This document shows positions 20,601 to 32,600 of a DNA stretch of 64,000 nt, piece by piece. Position numbers and translations under genes: made by a program. The notes beneath the pieces are model-generated. The model worked only from the letters and a program-made list of their open reading frames with translations. It made no database searches and had not been told where the DNA came from. How positions within the stretch are numbered: position 1 is the first letter of the stretch; the number at the start of each line of letters is the position of its first letter. The DNA comes from Acutalibacteraceae bacterium (GTDB lineage: Bacteria > Bacillota > Clostridia > Oscillospirales > Acutalibacteraceae), in NCBI GenBank assembly GCA_045586405.1, contig JAZNAG010000104.1, forward strand, positions 716-64,715. Direction: 5' to 3'.

Positions 20601-23600
20601 ATGAAAACACCACTACTGATGAAAATTTGTTCAGTACTTCTGGTCATCACTATGATGATTACAATGTGTCCCCTTTCTATATTTGCTATTGACGAGGAGG
20701 GTGACGAAGAAATCATCGAGCCGGTTGATGTTTATTCGGCCGATGACCTTGAAGAAGTTTTAGCAGGTGATGATGATTACATTCGTATTCTTAACGACTT
20801 CTATTTAGACAGAACGTTCTACATAGACCACAATGTAACCATTTATACCGAATCGGCAATAACCCTAACCCGTGCGCCTGAATTTGACGGCGACATTTTC
20901 ATTGTCGGCAAAAACAGCGAGGGTAATATTTGTGAAGAATCGGTTTCCTTAACACTTGGAAACAAAGATTCTGTCATATCCGACCTACTTACCATAAACG
21001 GTAATAGCGAAAATATGGCAGCCGAAGTAACAGGTACGGTTATTTTTGTTTGTGCAAATGCTAAAATAAATCTTTACGAAGACCTGACAATAACAAACTG
21101 TGTCAAGGTTGGCAATGACGAAACAATGACAGGTTTGCACACATTATCCTACCCTGCCCGTATAGGCGGTGCTGCAATTATTCTTGCCGGTAACAGTTAC
21201 GGTAACATTTACGGCGGTAAATACATTAACAACTCTGTAAATGATTTTACCGATGCTGATACCGATGAAGGCAGCGCTTCTACCCACGGCGGTGCCATTT
21301 ACAACTATGGTACCCTCAACGTTTACGGCGGTATATTCTCTAATAACCACGCCGGTCGTGGCGGTGCCTTCTACAACTATCGTGTTCTAAATCTTTACAG
21401 TGCTGAAATTACCGGCAATACCTCTTCTACCTTTGGTGGTGCTATTTATGTACCTAACAGTACCTCTGCATATACATATATTGGTGAAGAAAACGGTATT
21501 GGCGACAGTTTTGTTTCTTTCGGCGGCAACTCTGCTGAAGAAGGCGGCGGTGCTATATACGTCAAAAATGTTGCCACAGTAAAAAACACTTCCTTTAGTG
21601 ATAACAGTGCAGGTACATCCGGTGGCGCTATTTTCGCCCCTGCTATGGAGCTAACAGTTTCAAACTCAACCTTTGACAACAACATTTGTGCTACAAATGG
21701 CGGTGCTATATATCTTTCTGGTACCAACTCTACCGCAGGTAAAGAATTTACTGCAACCGAATCATCCTTCAGAAACAACGTTTCCCAAAGCAAAGGCGGT
21801 GCTATATACATAAAAGAAGCCTCTGCATATATGGAAAATGTCATTTTTGAAGCTAACAACAGTCCTTCCGGCGGTGCAATTTATTCTACAACCGCAAATA
21901 TTGATATAAATACCGCTACCATAAACGATAACACAACAACAGGCTATGGCGGTTTTATATACCTGGTTGAATCTTCTGTTGCAAAAATGAACAAAATCAC
22001 CGCAACAGGCAACATATCAAATTCTTCCGGTGGTTTCATATGTTCAAACGCTTCTACCACAACTATTTACGACAGTACCTTTGTTGGTAACAGATCTACA
22101 TCCTCAGCAGGTGCTATCAGCTTTAATTTGGACTCGGTTGGTAATGTATATAATTCTACCTTTGAGAACAATATCACCGGTGGTTCAGGTGGTGCAATTT
22201 TCATTTACACCAATGGTGTTGCCACCCCGACAATTATTCACAGCTGTACATTTTTAAACAACCAAGCAGGTTCAGGTGGTGCAATATACGCTTCCAAAGC
22301 AAGTATTGCCGAGCTTTATAATATTACTGCAAAAAATAACAGTGCAGATAAAGGCGGTTTCCTTTATATTACAACCACCAATACAACTTTATCCTTAGCC
22401 GGTATCTCAGTTTACGGAAATACCGCTTCTGTTGGTGGTCCTATTATTTGGGGTAACCTTAAAGCATCAATTCTTAAAATCGATAAAACAAAATATGTTG
22501 ATATGGGCAACTCAGGCGACTGGGATGACGCTTACTGGAGCGCCGCAATCTATAACTTAGTTACTGTTAAGGAAGCAAGCCTATCTATTCCTTCATACAT
22601 TGGTTATGACGGTAACGAAGTTATTCCTGAAGTTATTTCTGTTCCTGCAGAAGTTTCTACAGTTGCTGAGCTTGAGCGCGCTATAAACGCAGGTCACGAT
22701 TTAATTCGTATCACCAAGAGTTTTGAACTGGACCGTACCTTCTATATCAAAAATGATATGAACATTTTTGCAAGTTCTGCGGTAACCCTTACCCGTGCCG
22801 CTGACTTCGGCGGTGACATATTTGTAGTTGGCGAAACCGAAGACGGTACCCTTCTTGAAACTGCAGAAAACGATAGAATCGTTCTCTCAATCGGTAACAA
22901 GGAATCAAAAGAGAGCAATATGCTTGTAATTGACGGTAACAGAGACAATATGACTGTTACAGTTACCGGCTCGGTATTTTTCGTTCGTAAAAACTCACAG
23001 GTAGATCTATACGAAAACCTTTCTGTAATCAACTGCAAAAAGAACGGTAACAGCAAGACCTACAATTACACCGATACCGATATTTCGGGTTATCCTGCCA
23101 ATGTAGGCGGTGCTGTTGCAATTATGACAAGTGGCAGTTTGATGAACATTTATGGCGGTAATTACAAAAACAATGCTGTAAATAATACTGCCGATGCTGA
23201 TTCCCTTTCATCCTGGGGCGGTGTTATTTTCAACCATGGTACAGTTAATATTTATAGCGGTACTTTTGAAAATAACCACGCAGGTCGTGCCGGTTTTCTT
23301 TACAACTACCGTGTGTTAAATGTATATAATGCCACGATCAAAGGCAGTTCTGCCTCCTCTATGGGTGGTGCTATATATATTCCCGCTTCTACAGCTGCCT
23401 CTACTAATATCGGTACTGACAATGATTTGGTAGAAAGCCACGTAATCATTACTGAAAGTTCCTCTACCGGTAACGGTGGTGCTATATACGCTCAAAAATA
23501 CCTGAAAATTGAAAATGTTGAATTCAGCAAAAACACTTCGGGCGGAAATGGCGGCGCACTGTATCTTACAGGTACAAACGCTACTATCAGCAACACTGTT

Positions 23601-26600
23601 TTCAAGGAAAACTCTACTACATCTGATTCTTCCTATGGCGGCGCTATTTATCATAAAGATTCAAATACAAAAATTACCGGTGCCACTTTTGAAGGCAATA
23701 CATCTCCCTCCCACGGCGGTGCAATTTATACAACCGGTGCTATTGACACCAACGAGAAGGATTTAACCATATTCAGCTCCTCCTTTAATTCAAACAGCAC
23801 TAATGCAAATGGTGGTGCTATATACGTTTGCGGTTCTTCACGAATATACTCTGTAAAAACCAACTATAGTAGCAATAGTGCTACATCAGGTGGTGCAATT
23901 TACTCTACAAACGGTAACGTTGACGTTAATACATCTATCGTTAGAAATAACACCGCTTCCTCTGTTGGTGGATTTGTTGCAGTATATACAAATTCAACTG
24001 CCCTTTTAAATGCCATTGATGCTGAAGAGTGTTTTGCAAATACAGGTGGTCTTGTATATGTTAAAAACTCCGATTTAGAAATTTACAACAGCCATATTAA
24101 AATGTGTAGCGCTCGTACCACACACGGCGGTGCTGTATATGTAGAAACAGGCTCTAATGCCAAGTTTTATGCAAGTACTTTTGAAAATAATACCGCTGAC
24201 GATAACGGCGGTGCGCTCGCCCTATACAATGCCGGACTTTATAACCTCATTCACAGTTGTACCTTTATAGGTAACAGCAGTAATGTTTTGGGTGGTGCTG
24301 CATGGATTTCTAACGGTCCTACAGTTGATATTTACAATATCACTGCTAAGAACAATCACTCCGACAAAGGTGGCGCGCTCTACATAACCGTATCCGGTAC
24401 TGTGGTTAATCTTATCGGTGCTACATTCTCAGGCAATACCGCAACCACAGGCGGTCCTATTATCTGGGGTAACACTTTTAATGCTGTTCTCAATATTGAC
24501 AAGTCAAAATACACCGACCTTGACCATACCGGTGCTTATGACGACGCTTATTGGAGTGCAGCTATATACAACAAATTAACTGTTAACGAAACCACAGGTG
24601 AAGTTCCCAAATATCTTGACTACGGCAACGAGCCTTATGACCATATGAGCGATGCTGTTGACGTTAAGACCTGTGACCAGCTTGAAGCTGCTCTCAAGAG
24701 CGATGCAAAACATATTCGTATTATTTCTGACCTTATTATAGACAGAACTTTCTACATTGACAGAAGCGTAACAATATTCTCCACTGCCCCCTACGTCTTA
24801 ACCCGTTCACCCGAGTTTACGGGAGACTTCTTTGTTGTAGGCGAAACCGAGAATACAGTTAGTTCACTTGTTGATAACGGAAGAATTTTCCTAACCCTTG
24901 GTAACCCGTTATCTGTTAAAGAAGACCTTTTAACCTTTGACGGTAACTCTGCCAATATGAAAGAGACAGTTAAGGGTACAATTCTGTTTATAACCAGCAG
25001 TTCTATTGTTGAGTTACACGATAACATCACAATAACCAACTGTTACAAGACCGACAACGAACGAACCTACGAAACCAAATACAACCTGCCAAGATCTAAT
25101 CGTATCGGTGGTGCAGGTGCCATTATTCATAGTGGTACTCTTGATATTTATGGCGGTAATTACAGAAATAACAAAATTGGTGACGAAGACACTACTACTG
25201 CTGACGATTCAGGTAGAAATTCTTCCATCGGCGGTCTTATTTACAACTTCAGCAACCTGATTATACGCGGTGGTACATTTGACGGAAACACTGCTGCCCG
25301 CGGTGGTATAGTTTATAACTACCGTACCGTTAAAATTTACGGTGGTACCTTTACAAACAACCACGCTACCGTAAACGGCGGTGTTATCTATCAACCTAAT
25401 ACTGCTCCCGCACAATTGCGTATCGGTACTCAGTACAACGCCGGAGATTTCTCTGTATTATTTGAAAACAACACATCAGTTAAGCACGGCGGTGCAATTT
25501 ACACTTCAAGCCTTAGCTCTACTCTAATTAACGGTAATGTTACTTTCAAAAATAATAAATCAACTGAAGGTAGTGGCGGTGCTATTGCAATTTACGGTCA
25601 ATTAACCGCTACCGGTATTAACTTTACCGGCAACTCAGCTTATCTAAGAGGCGGTGCGGCTTATCTTGCCAACTCAAGCGACTCTTATGTAACAAGATTT
25701 ATTAAGTTTGACAACTGTAAATTCACAAGCAATACTGCACTACTCGGTGGTGCTCTGAATATCTTTGCAGGTTCTTCCTCTTTAAGTAACGGTGCTCAGG
25801 TTATCGTTAACAACTGTAACTTTAAGAAGAACACTGCCGCCAAGACATTCGACAGCCCCTCCTCTGCTTTTGGTGGTGCAATTGTTGCAGAAAGAAAATC
25901 CACACTTACTGTAACCGATTCAACCTTTACACAGAACAGTGCAGCAAACGAAGCAGGTGCAATTTACATCGCAGGTCAAAGTACTGCTACTATTAACGGT
26001 TCTACCTTCAGTTCTAACTTTATTGCCGAAGGTGGTACACACGGTGGTGCAGTAGTTGTACGTAGTTCTAAGCTTACTGCCGACAATAATACCTTCTCCG
26101 ATAACAAAGCTATTAACAACGGCGGCGCTGTGTATATTTCTTATCAGAGCGCTCAGGGTGTTAACTCTGATGTTAAAATTACAAATTCTATTATCAAGAA
26201 AAACTACGCCGGTGGTAATGCAGGTGCAATTTACGCTACCAAGATGACTGTTGAAAACGAAAAACGTATTCTTACTGTAAAAGATACTGAATTCAACGGT
26301 AACAGCGCCGAATCAAATGCAGGTGCCGTTATGTTAGCAACAGGTGTTGATGCCTTCTTTAAGAATGTTAAGTTTGATAAGAACTCTGCAATTACCGGTG
26401 ACGGCGGTGCGTTATTCACCTACGGCGCAATAATGACTTTTGAAACTGCAGAATTCAACGAAAACACCTCAACCGAAACCGGTGGTGCCATCCGCATTGA
26501 CGGTGCCGCTACCGCAACATTATACGATATCCTTGCCACCAAAAATGCAGCACAGACAAGCGGCGGATTTTTATTTAATGATTCCGGCGCTGTAAAAGTA

Positions 26601-29600
26601 TATGACAGTTCCTTCAAAAACAACTCTGCCAACGGCAACGGTGGTGCAATAACCGTTTACGGCGCCGGCACCAGCGAAATTTACGGTAGTGAATTTGTAG
26701 GCAACAAAACCACCGGTAATTCATCAAGTTCAAACGCCGGTGCTTTATACTTCGGCAGTGCTGAAAAGAATAACTTAGTTCACTCCTGTACATTTACAGA
26801 TAATAGTGGCTACTACGGTGGCGCAATATACGCTACCGGTAAGGCACAGGGTAGTTTCTACAATATTACCGCTACAAACAATAGCGCACAAAGAGGTGGC
26901 TTCTTCTACGAAACCACAACAGGTACTACCTTTAATATTGCAAGTCTTACCGTTTCGGGCAATACCGATGTTGAAGGAGCTCCGATTATTTGGGGCAACA
27001 GTTTTGGCGCAGTACTAAATATCGATAAATCAAAATACACCGACAAAGATGTAACTACTGCACTTGACGATGCTTACTGGGCTAAGGCAATTTATAACAA
27101 GCTCACAGTCAATTATGTAACATTGACTGTTCCAGCCTATACTGCTTATAAGCCTACGGAAGATAAAGTAGTTACTCCTACAGAAAAAACACCTGTACCG
27201 GTAACCGATGTTTTGAACTTAGCTCAGAACAGCACTGACGGATACATAAACTCTTATTATGATAAGTTAGAAAAGCTTGAGAACAATTCAAACTTCTTAA
27301 GTAAAAATACTGCGACCTTTGAAAATATCAACGGAAATACTGTAACGGTAGACACCTTTGTATACCCCTACAAGAGTGCTGCAGACAACTGTAACTTCAG
27401 TCAGGGTATTCTTATGTATCAGGCTATTCTCTATAAAGCAGCCCACCCCGAAGAAGAAGTTTATATTGATGTTGCTTCTTATCGTATGTCTGTTGCCGCA
27501 GCAGTTAACATTAACCCCAACAGCAGATACTACGGCTATATGAGAAATCTGCAGGGCAAAGAATACGACTCCAACGGTTTCGTACGCCTTGCTTATCTGA
27601 TGATTACTGCCGCAAAAATGGGTATTCACGTAAATGTTCTCGGTCATATAGACGGATATCCCGCTTACTCAAGTGACCCTAACCTTAATAAGTATTTCAC
27701 TAACAAGTTAAATGATCCTTGTGATCCCGCTTATGTTGAGAACGGTGTAATCGGCGATTATCTTGACTTTAATAAGTTCAACTGGACACTGGACAATAAA
27801 GGCGGAACAGATATGATGCACACAAAGATGTGCGCTGTTTCCCACTATCTTGACTGGAACGGTGTAGAACACAAAAATGCCGTTTGGTCATCCAGTTCTA
27901 ACCTTGACGGTATAAGAACTGAAGGTTGGAACGGTAACTATAAGTTACAGACCGCATCTATTGTTACAGGCCATGCTGAAATATACCGTACTGCAACCAA
28001 CTATCTGCGCTTAATCGGCAATTATAAAGAGCAGGAACAGGTTTACGAGTTCCACGAGCTTATAAGCCAGATGAATACATATCAGATTGATATGATAAAT
28101 GCAGGTCGCGGTGATGAAATACCTGAAGACGAAAGAATAGTTTATCTTGGCACCGAGTATGACAAGGTATTTGAGCTTTACTTTACTCCCTTCGGCGGTG
28201 ATCAGGTTGTTTGGGACGAAGAGCATAACCCCTACTGTAAATATCTGCGCAAAATGTATAATTCTGAAGATTATATTCTCTTCTCTTGGAATACTGCAGA
28301 ATACAACGGTGAATTCCCCTTAGGTAAGCAAATTGAAGATGTTATAACTTCTGCTTTCCACGATAACCGCAACCCAAACAACAGATTCTATGCAATAATG
28401 AACTCCTACAATTCTGCAAATATGTCCGATTTGAAGGTAGGAAAAGATATAGGTTTCTTCTCACTTAACAAGAGAGATTTCGGCTATATTCATAACAAGG
28501 ATATGCAGATGTCTTACGTAGAAAACGGTCAGCGTTACTATGTATCTCTGCTTAACTCCTGCAACGTACACTCCGGTTCTATGTGTTATCAGTCCAACTT
28601 TATGCTTGTTATTAAAGAAACTGATTACACAGAAAAAAGCGTATTCTTTAATCATGCAGAAAATACCACTACCGGTATTGTTGACCACGATTACGGCGAA
28701 GTGCTTGTAAAAGAAGCTGAGGAAAACAAACACGGCTATACTTATAAAACATGTCAGCAATGCGACAAGCAGATAATTCTTGATGAAGTTCACAATTACA
28801 GTGACTGGATAACCGACAGAGAGGTTACCTCTACCTTAAAGGGTATCGAGCACAAAGAATGTACTGTATGCGGTGAAATATTTGAAACAAGAGAAGTTGC
28901 TTTCTCTAAAGAAACTTCTATAGATACTTCTGACAGCGAAGGCAAATTCTTTACAACCGATACAAACTCACTTATTTCTGTACCCGAAAATGTAACCCCC
29001 TTAACCATTGAGGCAACCATTCAGGTTCCCAAAAACAGAACCAGCCGTGCAGGTGTAATTGTTGGTAACTACAAGAACTCATCTGTTGGCGAGTTCAACG
29101 TAGAAATTTACACAAACGGTAATTTACGTCTTTACTGTGTAGCCGGCAGCAAAATTATAAACACAATATTTGCAACCGACCTACGCTCAGACAACCCACA
29201 GCATATTGCTGTTACTATTGACTCAAATATTGCTACCCTTTATTTAGGCGGCGAAGCAGTAGAAACCAAAAAGTTAGTAGCTTCCCTTCCCGAAAATATG
29301 GCTGACTTTAAGATAGGCGGCGATAACAGAGAAGGCAACGCTCAGCACTTTAAATGTGCTCTGCACTCAATAGCTCTATTTAGCGATATCAGAACTCCGG
29401 ATGAAATTAAGCTCGATGCTATGTATGTAACAAATGATGCTGATAATCTCATTTACTCAGAATACTACTCAAAGCTCCAAAATTCTGAAACAGCATCAAG
29501 CAGCACACTTGAAGGTAAAACCTTCACCGGCAGAGATTTGTATAGCTTTGGCAGAACGTTTGCCGCTACTCCTCGAACAATTGAAGCAACCATTCTTGCT

Positions 29601-32600
29601 CCCAAGAGCATTTCTTCAAGAATGGGTGTTATCGTTGGTAACAATAACGGCAGTGATCCCTTCATCAACCTGGAAGTATATACCGAAGGTAAAGTTCGTC
29701 TGCTTTATAATGACGGTACTACTAAGACAACCCATACCTTCTCTGAGGATATACGTTCCGACTCCCCTGTCAATATTGCTGTTACCATGAGCGGAACTAC
29801 TGCAACTCTGTATGTAAACGGTATCAAAAAAGAAACCGCTACAGTCAGTGAAATCACTGCTAATATCACCAAAAACTTTGTTGTTGGCGGTGATAATACT
29901 CCCGGTAACTACAATTACTTCAAGGGTACCATTTACTCAGTAAATATGTTCTCTGATGCAAGAAGTGAGGCTGAAGTATTAAACGATGCTATCTTTGTTA
30001 ACAGTAAAGATGACAGTCTTTTAGCTTCTGTATACTTTACTTCAAAACAGACCGACAAGAAATTAACTGCCGTAAGCAACCTTGGTCAGACATTCAGTGC
30101 ATCAAAGCTCTACTCTACCGAAAAAACCTTTGATCAGCCTGCCAAAACCTTTGAAGCAGTTATAAATGTACCGAAAACTCTTAACAACCGTGCCGGTGTA
30201 ATCATCAGTAACTATGACGGTAGTTCTTCACCGCAGGTCAGCATTGAGGTTTACACTCAGGGCAAGGTAAGACTCTTCTATCATACAGGTAGCGCAAAGA
30301 TTGAGTATATATTCAGTAAAGATATTCGTTCTGCCGATCCTACACATATTGCTATTACTATAGACGATATGACAGCTTCTCTGTATGTAAACGGTGAATT
30401 TTCCGAATCCACTACCCTTACCCGCGCATTCCCCAATATTACCAGCGGATTGATGATAGGTAGTGACAACCGTAGCGGTAACTCCCAGTACTTCAAGGGT
30501 ACAATTTACTCAGCCGCTATCTTCTCCGATGTTCGTACAGCTGAAGAAATCAAGCAAGATTCACTTCTTGTTACAAACGATGCCGATGCCCTGCTCTACA
30601 GCGAATATTTCGCAAACGAAAATGACGAAGCATTTGTTATTGAACCTACAGGCAAAACCTTTACGGAAACTCTTGTTGGTATTGTTGGTTCTCTGAGCAG
30701 TGCTCCCAAGACCATTGAAGCCGATGTTTTTGTACCTGAAAATATCACTTCAAATGCCGGTGTTATTTTCAGTAATCGTTCAGATAGCACAGAAAATCAG
30801 ATTGGCATAACTCTCTGTGAAGACAACAAAGTACGTCTTGACTTTGTAAATGGCGAAGTATCACAGTCTTACCTATTTAGTTCTTCTGTTACTGCCGGTA
30901 AACTGACAAATGTTGCCGTTACCTTTAGCGAAAACACCGCAGCTCTGTATATTGACGGAAAACTCTGCGAAATTGCAACCTTAGATGCATATCTTCCCGA
31001 TATTGTACAGAACATTAAAATTGGCGGTGACAACCGCGTAGGTAACCCCGAATATTTCAAGGGTTCTATTTACTCAGTAAATATGTTCTCAGATGTAAGA
31101 AGTGATTCCGAAATACTTTCAGACTCTGTTGCAGTTTCTAAGTATGCCGATAATCTCATTTACTCTGATTACTATGTAATGAAGAAAAATGACGGTGTAT
31201 CATCCTCTACTCTTACTCCTGTCGGCTTCAATTCCACTCCTTCAAGTGAGTTTGAAATTACAGACCTGAATAGTTCTCCCTATACTATTGAAGCAACAGT
31301 AAAAGTTCCAAAAAGTATGGAAGACCGTGCGGGTACAATTATAGGCAACTATAAATCAGGTAACAGAACTCAAATGAACCTTGAAATTTACGACGGCGGT
31401 CGTGTTCGTATTTACTATGTTTCAAGTGCCGGTACTGTTGACTGTATCTTCTCTACCGACATACGCTCAGATAACGCCGTACATTTAGCTGTTACCCTTA
31501 AGGATAACACCGCTTCTCTGTACGTTAACGGCGTATTAGCCGAAACCAAGGCTGTAAGTTATATTTATGACATCCACGCCAAGAAGCTGAAAATCGGTAG
31601 CGATTTCAGACCTAACGATACTATGTATTTCAAAGGCACTATCTACTCAGTTAATCTGTTCTCTGAGGCTCGTACTGCAGAACAGATTGCAAGTGATATG
31701 CTTCTTGCCGCTCCCGTTACCGATTCTCTTATTTACTCTACTTACTTTGCTAATGTTACAAATCATTCTGATGCAACCGGCAGAACCTTCTCAAAGAATG
31801 AAATAAGTGAAATAGGAAATCTTGACAGCACGCCTTATACCTTTGAGGCTACCATCAATGTTCCTAAGTCGCTTAGCGGTCGTGGCGGTGTAATCGTAGG
31901 TAACTACGGCTCAGGCGCTAAATCTCAGATAAGCATTGAAATTTATGACGGCGGACGAATTCGTCTGTTCTATGTTGCTATGTCTAAGCGTACCGACTGT
32001 GTCTTTACAACCGATATACGTTCAAACGATCCTGTTCACATTGCAGTGACTCTCAATGGCAAAGTTGCTACACTTTATATTGACGGTGTTGCTACCGAAA
32101 GCATTACTCTGGACATTGACTACAAAATCACCACCGACAAGTTCACCATTGGTGGCGACAAGCGTTCAAACAACTCACAGTATTTCAAAGGAACTATTTA
32201 CTCTGTAGCTCTCTTCAGTGATGTCCGTACAGCTGAGGAAATTAAGCAAGATGTAAACGGCATCACCGATGGTACCGATTCACTTATTTGCAACAGATAC
32301 TTTAACTCTGAAATCTGTGAAGCAAGTGCAACCAGAGACGGTCATATTGCAAGTGACTGGATTATAGACAGCGTAGAAACCGCTACACTTTCAGGTGTAA
32401 AACACAAAGAATGTATTCGTTGCTCCAAAGTTCTTACTGTAAGTGATATTAAAACCAGCTTATATTACAGCAACCACATTGTAATTGCTGATATGAAGGG
32501 TAAAAAGCTTAGCAACGTTACAGATGCTTACGAAGTAAAAACCACACTTCCTTATGCACCTGTCACATTTGAAGTTTCACTCAACTTACCTTCCGGCTTC

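Noticed and set aside
21144-31060. Many 60-137-aa antisense and off-frame ORFs inside the giant gene (e.g. 21446-21859, 23316-23654, 27297-27647, 28461-28793)
   Set aside because: All are nested in the 12.4 kb sense ORF and have no RBS. They are explained by the repetitive GGT/GCT-rich codon usage of the GGAIY repeats, which leaves other frames open.
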